Notes: a model not told the origin generated them from the sequence alone. A stretch of 64,000 bases of DNA from an uncultured Nitrospirales bacterium (GCA_964526915.1 CAZGMS010000072.1:7341-71340), one strand, 5' to 3'. Counted from the stretch's first letter, positions 10,349 to 20,551 are shown. Numbers and translations: made by a program.

Positions 10349-10391
10349 GGCAAAATTTCAATGCAAATTTCTAAGAGAGCATCAAAAGCTC

Positions 10392-11753
10392 TCAATTCAA
10401 ACACCCTTCATTGCGAAACAAAACCCTTTTCGTTGGTAATAGAACCAAAAGAATTAAAGCCACAAGAATTCCATGTGTCAACAGAGCCGTCGGCAAATCA
10501 GAGCCGGAAAACATTGCAAAAAAAGGAATGACAATAATTGCTGTCACAATATTTTTATTCCTGTTTTGAGCCAAAGCATCTGTGATACCCAATAATAGGG
10601 AAATCAGACCTGCGTAAAGAGCCATTCCCCAATAACCTGCCTGCATAAATCCTGAGCCAATCCAACCTGTATTGGCACTACAATCAAAATTACCATAATA
10701 ATAATATCCCATCGTAAAAGGTCCGCTGAGACTATATGGCTGTTGTAGCATCCCAAGCGTAAAGGAACTATTTGACCATAACAACTGAGGTGATTGTGAA
10801 AAAAAATCATAATACTGGTAGTTGATCAACGCAGGCACAAAAAACACACGACGCATAAACCAACTTACAAGTACTTCCGCTATTCCTCCTAAAAGAAGAT
10901 GCATTCCTTGTATAAACAATAGCATTCCTATAAAATACAAAAGTAATTTACCTATCACATTTTTTTTGTGAATTAGATGAAATAAAAACATTACAACCCA
11001 AGGATAAAAGAATACTGACTTATGATTGCACAAACCAAACAACATGATACTACTGAACAAAAGGCTGAGAACACACCACCAACGTCTATTGACAATAGCT
11101 AAAATTAATGAAAAAGGTAACACCACCTTTGTTGTGACCGGAATAATGTAAGATAATAAACCGGGCCGAGAAGCACCCGCAGCCCTCCGGGTCTCATAAA
11201 CCAACGATAAATCAAAATTAAAATAGGCCATTCCACCAAAAGCAACAATCAACAGGATTGTTGCAATAACCCAAGCTAACGATATCTGCTGTAGAAACCC
11301 ATAGGACACAGAAAAACCAGTAGCCGAATTAAACAAACGAATTCTACTCAAAATAATTATCGCAATAAATAAAGCGACTATATAAAAAGTAAAGAATCTT
11401 GACAAATCCATAGCCCCATAAAGAACTAACATGGGCAAAATAGGGAAAAAAAATTGTGTGTGAAGCAAAATATCCGATGGTTTTTTGTAACTCTTTGGCA
11501 AAAAGAAAACAACCAACAAAATTGCTACAATACTTTCAAGAAATCTACTTGAATCAGGATACCAATAAAAACCATAATAACGCCAAACATTCGATATATA
11601 GTAATAATATCCATAAACAAATAAAACATAAATCATCAAATAGGCAATCATCATGATAAGCCACTGACTCATCACATGAAGCCTGTGATCTTCGCGATCC
11701 TCTATAACAATAGGAAATATTTTATCTAGAAATTTTACTTTCACGTTTATCAA
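10392..11753 (-). CDS. polytopic membrane protein, putative O-antigen / repeat-unit polymerase (Wzy-like)
   Basis: 453 aa, about 10-12 predicted TM helices. Very AT-rich and Tyr/Phe-rich. Sits next to wzx and glycosyltransferases with no other recognisable motif. Assigned by context. Confidence 0.45.
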   Translation of the reverse strand: MINVKVKFLDKIFPIVIEDREDHRLHVMSQWLIMMIAYLMIYVLFVYGYYYYISNVWRYYGFYWYPDSSRFLESIVAILLVVFFLPKSYKKPSDILLHTQFFFPILPMLVLYGAMDLSRFFTFYIVALFIAIIILSRIRLFNSATGFSVSYGFLQQISLAWVIATILLIVAFGGMAYFNFDLSLVYETRRAAGASRPGLLSYIIPVTTKVVLPFSLILAIVNRRWWCVLSLLFSSIMLFGLCNHKSVFFYPWVVMFLFHLIHKKNVIGKLLLYFIGMLLFIQGMHLLLGGIAEVLVSWFMRRVFFVPALINYQYYDFFSQSPQLLWSNSSFTLGMLQQPYSLSGPFTMGYYYYGNFDCSANTGWIGSGFMQAGYWGMALYAGLISLLLGITDALAQNRNKNIVTAIIVIPFFAMFSGSDLPTALLTHGILVALILLVLLPTKRVLFRNEGCLN

Positions 11754-11868
11754 TTCTCTATCTATTTCAAAGCTCCACCACTTTTATATAACAACCCCAA
11801 TATTGTACATTGAAAAATCTGTTTTATGCCCTAGCAACATAGCTGTTGAATCGTAGATTAATTCGAGA

Positions 11869-13338
11869 TCATCTTTTACAGATTGATTTTAGTAAGAATA
11901 CTATTTTGGATAATCTTGAAGGTAACACGATCTTCAATACAAGATAATATAATGCAAACCAAACAATAATCAAAAATGCCACAACCGCCACCCTCCAATT
12001 TAGTGAGTGGTGAACTCCAATAATATGATAGAGAAAAAAAACTAATGCTGATGGAATACTATTTACAAAAAAAACAACACCTGAAATTTTTATGAATTTA
12101 TAAATAGAAAAAGAATAGTAATGAGTCACCAACAATTGACCAAACAACCTATCAACAAAACCGTAAAGGCCAAAAGACAAGGCCACTCCAGTCAAATGCC
12201 ACATACTCCCAAAGCAAATAAAAGCTGGCATCACCACCACTCTGAATAGATTGAGCACTGTTTTAATGTGAGGTTTTCCGCTACTGAAGACCAAACTACT
12301 GATTATTCCGCCCCCACAAGTTATAAAAATTGAATAAATCGACATCAGACGAACTAACACAGTAATATTTGACCATTTTTGACCAAAAAATAACAAAACA
12401 ATAAAATCTGCAAAAATGATAACCAAAATTGGAAAAGGCAGAGATACTAAAGATGTTATCATCAGGGACTCCCAAAAATTATCTTCAATCTTTGCCTTGT
12501 TATCTTGTGATCTTGAATAAATAGGAAATAACACTTTATCGTACACACCATTGAGTAATGCAGGAAAAAATGTGACCATTCTGTGGGCTAGGTTGAAAGC
12601 ACCAACAGACGACATATCAAGAATTTTTCCAATAAAGAAAGTGTCAAACCTTGCCGACGAGGTAGCAAGAACTCGTCCAACTGATACCCAAATGCCAAAA
12701 GCTAATAGTTGTTTTGCCTCGAGAAATGATCCAAAACTTTTTGGAAGATATCGTGTGAACTGATAGCCAATAATTAGTGACAAGACTGAAGCAACAATTT
12801 TTCCAAAAATAATGCTGTGTGGTCCATAATGTTTCACCGCAAATATCACTGTAACAAATCCATAAACAAGGTGATTGCAAACATTGATAAAAGAAATTTG
12901 TTTAAACTTAAGAGACCTTTGCAATAAACAAGTCTGCAACGATGATAGTCCGATAAACACATAAGTAACAGCTGACCACCTCATCAAACCAAGTAATTGC
13001 TCTGTATTATAGAAACTTGCTAAAAAGGGAGCCAAAAAGAAAATTAGTAACGAAACAAACATTGTAAAAAACACAACGCAACTGAATGCGCTATCAATAA
13101 CAGTATCGTTGATGTCTTTTCTTTGAACAATAGCGATGGAAACTCCAAACTCAGAAAACACCTGCAAAATCACCTGTATGGCCAACACTACCATCACCAC
13201 ACCAAAATCAGCAGGCGTTAACAATCTTGCTAAAACAATACTCAGAATGAGAAGTATACCATTTTGAATTGAAGAACTTGAAAAAAACCAAAAAGCCCCT
13301 TTGACGGCGATTTGTGAATTATTTACTTTCATATACAC
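11869..13338 (-). CDS. wzx: Wzx-type O-unit flippase (MOP / PST family polysaccharide biosynthesis protein)
   Basis: 489 aa, about 12-14 TM helices. N-terminal PST-family pattern (LILSIVLARLLTPADFGVV). Adjacent to the Wzy-like gene. Confidence 0.7.
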   Translation of the reverse strand: MYMKVNNSQIAVKGAFWFFSSSSIQNGILLILSIVLARLLTPADFGVVMVVLAIQVILQVFSEFGVSIAIVQRKDINDTVIDSAFSCVVFFTMFVSLLIFFLAPFLASFYNTEQLLGLMRWSAVTYVFIGLSSLQTCLLQRSLKFKQISFINVCNHLVYGFVTVIFAVKHYGPHSIIFGKIVASVLSLIIGYQFTRYLPKSFGSFLEAKQLLAFGIWVSVGRVLATSSARFDTFFIGKILDMSSVGAFNLAHRMVTFFPALLNGVYDKVLFPIYSRSQDNKAKIEDNFWESLMITSLVSLPFPILVIIFADFIVLLFFGQKWSNITVLVRLMSIYSIFITCGGGIISSLVFSSGKPHIKTVLNLFRVVVMPAFICFGSMWHLTGVALSFGLYGFVDRLFGQLLVTHYYSFSIYKFIKISGVVFFVNSIPSALVFFLYHIIGVHHSLNWRVAVVAFLIIVWFALYYLVLKIVLPSRLSKIVFLLKSICKR

Positions 13339-13512
13339 TCAATATCCTTAGTAATCAGGACTTGTATGGTAAAAGAAATAGCAAGGCAAAACGTGTCTTG
13401 TTCTCTCCCCGCCAGTTTTTGTGAAATACGACATGATGAAAATTGTCTGTTTAGCTCCGAGAAAACGATCCCTTCACCGAAAGTGGCTAAGATCATGGTC
13501 GTGGAGAAATAA

Positions 13513-14706
13513 TCACCTAACGATCTTTTTCAATCCTTTAAAAAGGGGACTTATTATGGAGAAAATGAACGGATAAGGATCGCGCCAAGACATTGGTTCA
13601 ATTGTATAGCCTCGTCCCATCAGGCTTTTTATATAACCAAAAGGTCTCAGATATTCCTTGTTTTTTATAATGGCTATGAGATCACCAGCCAAATACCACC
13701 AGAGAATCTTATCAGGGTATTCCTGTCTGAATTTCGTTAATACAGGCAAGAAACCCTGTAGAGCCTCTTGGTACATCAAATAAGGCAGATTGATGCCACA
13801 TCTAATGGCAAGGCTATTTGACATACTCATGCGTCCATTAATTTCCATGAGTTTGAATTGACCATCGCGGGGATCTAATTTGAACTGAGTTCCCGCATAT
13901 CCATAATAGCCAATTTTACGCACGAGTTTGAGACTATAATCTAATAAGGTATCGTTCCAGGTTGTTTCTACTAAAGTGCCTGATAAAAATTTTCCCTGGG
14001 ATCTCTTTTTGTAATTGATCAATAACCCTGTCGGTTGACTGTTCTTGTTAAGTGTCATTAACACAGTCTCGATCCTCTCAAACTCTCCAGGAATAAGATC
14101 TTGCAGTAGTAATTCTCCACCAAATCCATCAAAGTGCTTATAATTTCCTAGCAATTCTCCTTCATGATTACAGATAACTCCTTTTGTCCCATAATGGCTC
14201 AACAACGTACTGGAATGCTCTGCCTTCATGAATAAAGGATAGCTGAGTTTCTCTTCCTTGGAATTCAGCAGACTTTCCAACTCAGATTGGCAAGTAATAT
14301 AATGTGTTTTTGGTATGGGAACACCTAATTCCTCAGCAATTTTGTAAGTGCGCCTCTTTTCCCGCACCAACTTTACTGTTTCCCAATCGGGAAAAGTTGT
14401 CTTCATTTCAGCTTTTAGTTCATTATGTCTTTTTGCCAAAACATCCAAATAACTGTCATTACCAGCTACAATCAATACAGATTCTACGCCAATTTCTCGA
14501 TCAAACCACTTGTTCAGTTTTTCGATGAAATCGACATCCTTTGAATCCAATTGCAATATTTTTTTTACAAAACGGGATTTTGTACACAAACCTTTACCAT
14601 CTGGAGAAACCATGTAAATTGGAATATCATATTTGCATAGACCTCTTATCGCACCAAAAGCCGAAATATGATCACCAAAGATGATTACGGGGGGTGTGTT
14701 TTTCAT
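13513..14706 (-). CDS. ATP-grasp domain protein (carboxylate-amine ligase type)
   Basis: 397 aa. ATP-grasp signature elements QDLIPGEFERI (E-x-I-x-G type) and FKLMEINGRMS (E-x-N-x-R Mg/ATP motif). 4-bp overlap with the downstream-coordinate TPP enzyme gene. Confidence 0.6.
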   Translation of the reverse strand: MKNTPPVIIFGDHISAFGAIRGLCKYDIPIYMVSPDGKGLCTKSRFVKKILQLDSKDVDFIEKLNKWFDREIGVESVLIVAGNDSYLDVLAKRHNELKAEMKTTFPDWETVKLVREKRRTYKIAEELGVPIPKTHYITCQSELESLLNSKEEKLSYPLFMKAEHSSTLLSHYGTKGVICNHEGELLGNYKHFDGFGGELLLQDLIPGEFERIETVLMTLNKNSQPTGLLINYKKRSQGKFLSGTLVETTWNDTLLDYSLKLVRKIGYYGYAGTQFKLDPRDGQFKLMEINGRMSMSNSLAIRCGINLPYLMYQEALQGFLPVLTKFRQEYPDKILWWYLAGDLIAIIKNKEYLRPFGYIKSLMGRGYTIEPMSWRDPYPFIFSIISPLFKGLKKIVR

Positions 14707-15866
14707 CGAATGCCATCCTCAGTTAATAATTTCATGAATGCTTCCTTTTGTTCCCTAAGGTTGAAGTCCAGTGAACCAAGGTCACTCCGAATGCCTTTTC
14801 TGACGCGAATGTCAATAAAAGCAGAACCTTCAGTTGATAATAACGTTTTGATTGCATCGCGAAGAGCTTGTTCCGTTTCAACCGCCGCACCAACAGTCTT
14901 ATAACCCGAATTGTTGGCAATAGCTGTCAAATTTGCCACAAAACCAGCTGAGGGCTGGCCACCAACAGATTCGTGAGCACCATTATTCAAAACCACATGT
15001 AAAAAGTTCGGCAACTTGAGTTTTCCTGCCGTCGTCAAAGAACCCAAATGCATGATAGCCGCCGCATCTCCATCCAAACAAACAACAAGTCTCTTTTTTT
15101 GTGCCAAGGCAATACCAGAAGCAATTGAGCTGGTATGGCCCATAGCACCCACATTTAGAAAATCCTGATTGTGACCAACCCCGCTCAAGTTGCGTAAGCC
15201 GTAAAGCTCGCGTGTCGCTCTGCCTGTTGTTGCAACAAATATCGCTTCTTTCGGCACACACTGAAGAACACACTCAATCGCATTTTCCCGAGTCATGTTG
15301 TAAATACTATCTGAACCCTCCTCTTCTTTTTTCTTTCCTTTTTCAAACATCCCTTTCTTAGCAAGAAGCGCAACAGGGCCACATATCTTTTGAGCAGTGC
15401 GAACCGCCCACCTGGCGGCATCAAACGACCCCTCACCATCATTCTCTATTATTCTGAAGGGAATATCCATAGCCTCCAGTAATAAGGGCGTCAGTTCGCC
15501 CTGCTTTTTATGCTGTGCATGATCTGTAACGCCTGGATCACCGCGCCAGCCAATCAGCAATATCATTGGTATACCATACACCTCTTTGTTGGTGAGCGAA
15601 AGCAAGGGGTTCATGGCATTGCCTATTCCAGAATTTTGCATATATACCAGGGGCACGGTGCCCGTGGCAAAATGATAACCCGCGGCAAGTGCAACAGCAT
15701 TACCTTCGTTCGCCGCGATGACATGACGCTCACTGGGCAAATGAGCTTCGACATACTTGCAGAATTCATTAAGAAGTGAATCCGGCACGCCTGTTATAAA
15801 CGCAACCCCCTCATTTTGCAGGCACTCATAAAATGCTTTCTGATCGATCATAATCAATGTCCTCAC
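14703..15866 (-). CDS. thiamine-diphosphate-dependent 3-substituted-pyruvate decarboxylase (phosphonopyruvate / sulfopyruvate decarboxylase family, fused alpha-beta type)
   Basis: 387 aa. TPP-binding GDG motif region (VVCLDGDAAAIMHLGSLTT ... NNGAHESVGG). Size and domain order match the Ppd/ComDE family rather than the roughly 550-aa pyruvate-decarboxylase type. No PEP mutase partner is present in the window. Confidence 0.65.
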   Translation of the reverse strand: MRTLIMIDQKAFYECLQNEGVAFITGVPDSLLNEFCKYVEAHLPSERHVIAANEGNAVALAAGYHFATGTVPLVYMQNSGIGNAMNPLLSLTNKEVYGIPMILLIGWRGDPGVTDHAQHKKQGELTPLLLEAMDIPFRIIENDGEGSFDAARWAVRTAQKICGPVALLAKKGMFEKGKKKEEEGSDSIYNMTRENAIECVLQCVPKEAIFVATTGRATRELYGLRNLSGVGHNQDFLNVGAMGHTSSIASGIALAQKKRLVVCLDGDAAAIMHLGSLTTAGKLKLPNFLHVVLNNGAHESVGGQPSAGFVANLTAIANNSGYKTVGAAVETEQALRDAIKTLLSTEGSAFIDIRVRKGIRSDLGSLDFNLREQKEAFMKLLTEDGIR

Positions 15867-17215
15867 AACAAACGAAATAGACTATGGAAGTCTCTTTGTA
15901 CATTCCACACAATCTTTATGATTTCACGGCTTTCTTCCCCGGATTTATTTCCATACGCAGACAACGTGATAAACTTCTCTTTGATTTCATCATCTGAAAG
16001 CGGATTTTCAGGTTCTCCTTTGGGGAAATCAACTCTTTCAGTGTAAGATGCTCCATGACAAGTCTCAATTGTAACGATGGCGGCACGCTTTTGCGGCACT
16101 AGGGCTGTGATTTTCTCATCAGCGCAAACAACTATTCTTTTTGCTAGTGAAATGATCTCCGCATTGTTCACATTTTCTGCTGTAAACTCATCAAGGCCAG
16201 ATTTACCTTTCACAATGGCAACGGCCACACTGTATGGAATGCTCATTTTTGCTGAAGAGATGCCTCTGATTTCCGTGTGATCATGTTTGCCTATAACCCC
16301 TTTGTAAGTGGTCACCTTGATGCTTTTGATGTCAGAGACACAAAGACCATGGTTCAATTTGATCTTCAGTGTGGCTTCTATAGCTGGATGCGTGTGCCGA
16401 CAAGAAGCATATGACTTGAAATAAACTTTTTCGATCGAAAAAGGATCTCTATCATTTCTTTCCAAATGAGCCAAATCATGCTCTTTGGCCATCATCGATA
16501 AAAACCCTGTAGGGCCAGCGAGCACGTCATCAAGCCCCTTAAAACATGCTCTGCCCATGATTGATGATAACAAGCCAACCAGCGCAGCACGGCCTACATT
16601 AAATGGTTTTAAATCAGATCCATCTTCAATCACCTTAAGCATTCCTGATGCAGAAATTGCGGCCGCAGACAAGGCATCTTTCAGTTGAGTTTTGGTAAAA
16701 CTCAACATGGCCCCAATGCCCACGGCTGCCCCAAGGGAACCACAAGTGGCCGTAGGATGATAGCCACAATTGTAATGAGCCGGTTGCATGGCACTGGCAA
16801 TGCTAATTGCAGCTTCATAACCAATAATAACACCTTTAAGTAAAGCAGTGCCCTCGACTTTTTCTTTCTCAGCAACAGGTAACAGAGCCGATATAATGGG
16901 TGAACCTGGATGCAAAACACCAAAACGCACGCCATCGTCTAATTCAGCAATATGAGCACTAAGACCATTCATCAAAACAGCATTGATAAGACTCGCTTTT
17001 CTGTTAAAACCAATCACTGTGGCATCACTTTGAGTGTCATTCAAATATTTTAATAGCTCGTCACCTTTTTCTTTCATCATCCGTGCCCCAGCAAAAGTGG
17101 CACCCAGATAATCCAGCAAACACCTTTTCGCTTGTAACACAACAATATCGGGAAAATCCGTATGGCTCAAATGATAGAGAGTATCGATGAATTTATCAGT
17201 AAGGTTATCGGTCAT
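15863..17215 (-). CDS. MmgE/PrpD family protein (2-methylcitrate dehydratase / cis-aconitate decarboxylase family)
   Basis: 450 aa. N-terminal KRCLLDYLGATFAG, central FKSYASCRHTHPAIEA and C-terminal PKGEPENPLSDDEIKEKF are all characteristic of MmgE/PrpD proteins. Confidence 0.8.
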   Translation of the reverse strand: MTDNLTDKFIDTLYHLSHTDFPDIVVLQAKRCLLDYLGATFAGARMMKEKGDELLKYLNDTQSDATVIGFNRKASLINAVLMNGLSAHIAELDDGVRFGVLHPGSPIISALLPVAEKEKVEGTALLKGVIIGYEAAISIASAMQPAHYNCGYHPTATCGSLGAAVGIGAMLSFTKTQLKDALSAAAISASGMLKVIEDGSDLKPFNVGRAALVGLLSSIMGRACFKGLDDVLAGPTGFLSMMAKEHDLAHLERNDRDPFSIEKVYFKSYASCRHTHPAIEATLKIKLNHGLCVSDIKSIKVTTYKGVIGKHDHTEIRGISSAKMSIPYSVAVAIVKGKSGLDEFTAENVNNAEIISLAKRIVVCADEKITALVPQKRAAIVTIETCHGASYTERVDFPKGEPENPLSDDEIKEKFITLSAYGNKSGEESREIIKIVWNVQRDFHSLFRLL

Positions 17216-17226
17216 GTATTATTATT

Positions 17227-18183
17227 TTATCGGAAATAAAACTGGAAATAGCTGGGGCATTCTGATTTTGTATCTTCCCATGCCGCAGTAAACGCACTCA
17301 CTATTGTTTCAGGTAGAGGTCCTTTTTTGACTGCAAAAAGATTCTGCTTTAACTGGTCCCTATTTGAAGCACCTATTATCATTCCATCACCTTCGCTTTT
17401 GTCAAGGAGTGAATGAAAAGCAAGCCACCGATAGGCCGCTTCAGCGGTCTCTATTCCTGATTTTCGGCATGCTATTGTAAGAACATTGACTGCCTCAAAA
17501 TAGGATTTTTTCCAATACCTGTCACGATAACTCTGAAGTCGCGCAAAGCGACCAGACATGGGCTTTTCGTCAAAATTGATGTGTTTTCCTGACAACATGC
17601 CACCAGCCAGAGGATTGAATGCGTAAAAACGCATGCCCAACTTTCTTAAAGCGGGAAACAACTCGCCCTCAACGTTGCGGGTCAATCCGTTATACATCCC
17701 CTGATACACACTTGGCCTGAGCCAGCCACGTTCTTTGCAAAGATGCCATATGTCCACAACCATCCAGGCGGGAAAATTACTTAATCCCAGTTCCTTAATT
17801 TTCCCCTGTTCATGGAGGTTTGCACACGCTTCCAAGGCCCCCTCAATGGGGGTTTGAGCATCTGGAAAATGAAGATACAAAATATCAACCGAATCACGGC
17901 ACAGGCGGCGCAGTGATTCTTCAAACTGCATGATCACCGCAACACCATCAAGTTTGCCCGTAACCCGGGGATGAACTTTGGTCGCAAGACAAAGAGAATC
18001 TTCCGTAAACTCATTCAGAAAAGTGCCAAGAATTTTTTCGGTTTCGCCTTCGTTATATACGTAAGCCGTGTCCAATTCATGGTAACCTGCTTCAATGAAG
18101 CATTTCACCATGGCACGACTACCCTCGGTATCCACCTGAGGACCAAAAGTCATTGTTCCCAATATCAGTTTCATCATATCCAT
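17227..18183 (-). CDS. aldo/keto reductase family oxidoreductase
   Basis: 318 aa. N-terminal LGTMTFG and the HELDTAYVYNEGETE motif region of AKRs. Confidence 0.8.
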   Translation of the reverse strand: MDMMKLILGTMTFGPQVDTEGSRAMVKCFIEAGYHELDTAYVYNEGETEKILGTFLNEFTEDSLCLATKVHPRVTGKLDGVAVIMQFEESLRRLCRDSVDILYLHFPDAQTPIEGALEACANLHEQGKIKELGLSNFPAWMVVDIWHLCKERGWLRPSVYQGMYNGLTRNVEGELFPALRKLGMRFYAFNPLAGGMLSGKHINFDEKPMSGRFARLQSYRDRYWKKSYFEAVNVLTIACRKSGIETAEAAYRWLAFHSLLDKSEGDGMIIGASNRDQLKQNLFAVKKGPLPETIVSAFTAAWEDTKSECPSYFQFYFR

Positions 18184-18198
18184 TGGAGGTGCCCTTTA

Positions 18199-19089
18199 CT
18201 AAATTGACCCTTTTGCTGAGCACAAAGCATCGCTATCATAACTGTCAATAACTCGTTTGACAAGATTGACCTGCTTGGCTCGCTTTTTTGCCTCAGCCAC
18301 AGTCGTTTCCCAACCATGCGTTTTGGCAACTGAGCCTCCTGTTTTAAGATATATAGGGGAACCCACCCGTATCATTTCTGGCACTTCATAATGGCGAATA
18401 AAACCACCGGACGACGCGGGATTTTCTGTATGAATATCGATCGGGATGCTGATGGCTTGCCTTATAGCGGCAAGCATTTGCAGTTGAATGTCCCTGACCG
18501 GGTTGATCGAATTTGCTCCTACATTTTCCAGAAGTTTGGCGGAACAAGGATTGCCATGACCGCAATGGGCAGATATTTTGAATTTACAATCAGAAGGAAG
18601 CTCACCTTGCTTGCGCATTTCATCTAACACCCACAAAAGTCCTTCATCATAAATCAAAAAACCTCTACACCCCAATTTGCCAGCACGTTTAACATCCTCG
18701 ATGGCACGAACGATTTGTTCCTGCCCACGGAGCCGGAGCCCCATTTTTTGACCTTCCTCCGTGTGAACTGATGCGCTCGTATCGTAAGTTGCCCGCGGAC
18801 CGATGGCCAGCACGAGTTCCACCTGCCATTGTTTTGCCAACGCCACCATTTCATTTATTTCATCATCAGTCAGAATCATGATGCCCTTTGTTTGCGTAAC
18901 GCGGTGGATAACGGCACCAAAGGTATCCAATTCTTCAAGCAAAGCCTTCATTGAGCCGGGTCCCTGTATACCAGGCACCTCAAACCTGTACTGCGCGCCA
19001 TCCGCGAATCGCTTTGCAGACGATGGCAGATCATACGCATCTCCTGATGGTAATCCTATTTTATTAAGAAACAACCTGGTCTCTTTCAT
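18199..19089 (-). CDS. hypothetical protein, possibly an alpha/beta-barrel enzyme (unassigned)
   Basis: 296 aa. Alternating beta/alpha-like pattern and a Cys/His-rich segment KISAHCGHGNPCSAK. I could not match ComA, PEP mutase, HpcH or DRE-TIM motifs. It is tightly packed inside the acid-metabolism cassette. Confidence 0.25.
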   Translation of the reverse strand: MKETRLFLNKIGLPSGDAYDLPSSAKRFADGAQYRFEVPGIQGPGSMKALLEELDTFGAVIHRVTQTKGIMILTDDEINEMVALAKQWQVELVLAIGPRATYDTSASVHTEEGQKMGLRLRGQEQIVRAIEDVKRAGKLGCRGFLIYDEGLLWVLDEMRKQGELPSDCKFKISAHCGHGNPCSAKLLENVGANSINPVRDIQLQMLAAIRQAISIPIDIHTENPASSGGFIRHYEVPEMIRVGSPIYLKTGGSVAKTHGWETTVAEAKKRAKQVNLVKRVIDSYDSDALCSAKGSI

Positions 19090-19129
19090 TTTTTCATCCC
19101 CCTAATGGTTCATCCATCTGTTTTCTTGT

Positions 19130-20005
19130 CTACCCCAGAACAATACTATTTTTTCTTGGATCGTAGCAACATCCCATCCGCAGGCTGACAATGCGCACAC
19201 CGCTTGCCCTTTGTGGCCCAATTTCTACAAATGAATTTAATGCCGTAATGCTACCCCCAATCCCCAGCGGCCCACAAAAAGTATTGTTCAGTGTTGCCGT
19301 AATCAATGCTTCAATCTCGTTTTCGTTTCCAAAAGTCTTGTTTGCCATAGCATCGAGCATGAGGCAAGTCGCTTCATAATGTGTTCTTCCTATCCCAACA
19401 GCAGGAACGCAGGGTGTACATCCAAGCAAACCTACCATTTCTACTGCCCAACCGGCAATTTCCGTGCTGATTCGAGAAGAATCGTGGTGGTGAAATACTC
19501 TATAGGTGCGGGATCGTATTTCCGGCCCCCCTCCAAGCATCATCACAGTCAAACGAAGCTGACTGCCTTTGATTGTTTTCATTCTAATCGGGGCAGATGT
19601 CAACATTCCCGAATCTTCGTAAAGCCCCTTTGTTTGTACGAGCCTTTCCATATCATTGCCACACACAGCCATCGGACGGCCTGGTAAAGCTCGCAAACCT
19701 GCTACAATACCATTATCGACAATTTCTAAAAGTTTTCCAACATTGCCTTCAATGTCAGCCTCATCACCTACCTCAAGCAAAACATGGGGCACCCCTGTAT
19801 CGTTGCATAAAGGTAATTTGTTTTTTTCTGCGACGATCGCATTTTCTAATATCATCTCAAGAATCCACTTCGCTTTCTGCTCTGTTTCCCTCGCAATGGC
19901 ATTCTCATAGGCCAGACGCTGATCATGACGAAAACTTGTGCTCGCTTTTATCAATGCCTCGGCAGACGCTTCTAGAATTTCAGATAGTTTTATTGCCACG
20001 CACAC
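19130..20005 (-). CDS. Fe-S hydro-lyase alpha subunit (class I fumarate hydratase / L(+)-tartrate dehydratase alpha family)
   Basis: 291 aa. CNDTGVP motif (family CQDTG-type cluster ligand region) plus further conserved Cys residues. Its partner beta subunit is immediately downstream. Confidence 0.7.
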   Translation of the reverse strand: MCVAIKLSEILEASAEALIKASTSFRHDQRLAYENAIARETEQKAKWILEMILENAIVAEKNKLPLCNDTGVPHVLLEVGDEADIEGNVGKLLEIVDNGIVAGLRALPGRPMAVCGNDMERLVQTKGLYEDSGMLTSAPIRMKTIKGSQLRLTVMMLGGGPEIRSRTYRVFHHHDSSRISTEIAGWAVEMVGLLGCTPCVPAVGIGRTHYEATCLMLDAMANKTFGNENEIEALITATLNNTFCGPLGIGGSITALNSFVEIGPQRASGVRIVSLRMGCCYDPRKNSIVLG

Positions 20006-20020
20006 CCTTTTTAGTTCTGT

Positions 20021-20551
20021 TCATTTGACATGAAAAATTGATTCCCCGTTGGCCGCGGCTATGATGCCGGGCAAGCCACGAATCGTTAATTCATGCAACG
20101 CTTCCATGCCCTCTTCTTCAAACGCTATCACCCTTTTAGAAATCAATCGACTCTGAAAAAGAGCTGATGTCGGCGGCACAACAATAAAAATGGCCCCATG
20201 TCTGGATATATCTTTGACTGTTTGCTTTTTAAGAACACCTTTTCCGATATGCAACCGAACACCCGCTTCAGACAGAATACCCATCGTTCCTTCGATTTCT
20301 TCTTTATTGCTTGAGGTTGGGCCAAAACCGGCTGGGCTAAAAGCGGCATGCATAAAAGCCGCACCTTCCATGGTAATCGGTAGTTCCGTTATCGTGCCAT
20401 CTTTTATCATTTTAGCAATCTTCGGCAATATGGCATCTCTGGCGGTATAAACCACACCGTGTATTTCCACACGACTACCGACTAGCACATTCGACAAATC
20501 AGTCCTCACAGGTGTTTCAATTTTAAGAAGCAAATTAACACATCCTCTCAT
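20021..20551 (-). CDS. Fe-S hydro-lyase beta subunit (fumarate hydratase C-terminal / TtdB family)
   Basis: 176 aa. GVVYTARDAILPK matches the family G-x-x-YTARDAAH-K motif. Separated from the alpha subunit by a 15-bp gap. Confidence 0.7.
   Translation of the reverse strand: MRGCVNLLLKIETPVRTDLSNVLVGSRVEIHGVVYTARDAILPKIAKMIKDGTITELPITMEGAAFMHAAFSPAGFGPTSSNKEEIEGTMGILSEAGVRLHIGKGVLKKQTVKDISRHGAIFIVVPPTSALFQSRLISKRVIAFEEEGMEALHELTIRGLPGIIAAANGESIFHVK

Noticed and set aside
18199-19089. ORF at 18199-19089 as ComA (phosphosulfolactate synthase) or PEP mutase, which would have completed a coenzyme-M-like or phosphonate pathway with the TPP decarboxylase
   Set aside because: The diagnostic motifs I remember for ComA (KFGWGT, EISDG, EGRESG) and for PEP mutase / ICL (D-A-D-T-G-x-G, E-D-K/Q, K-[KR]-C-G-H) are absent. 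The HCGHG segment is only a superficial resemblance.
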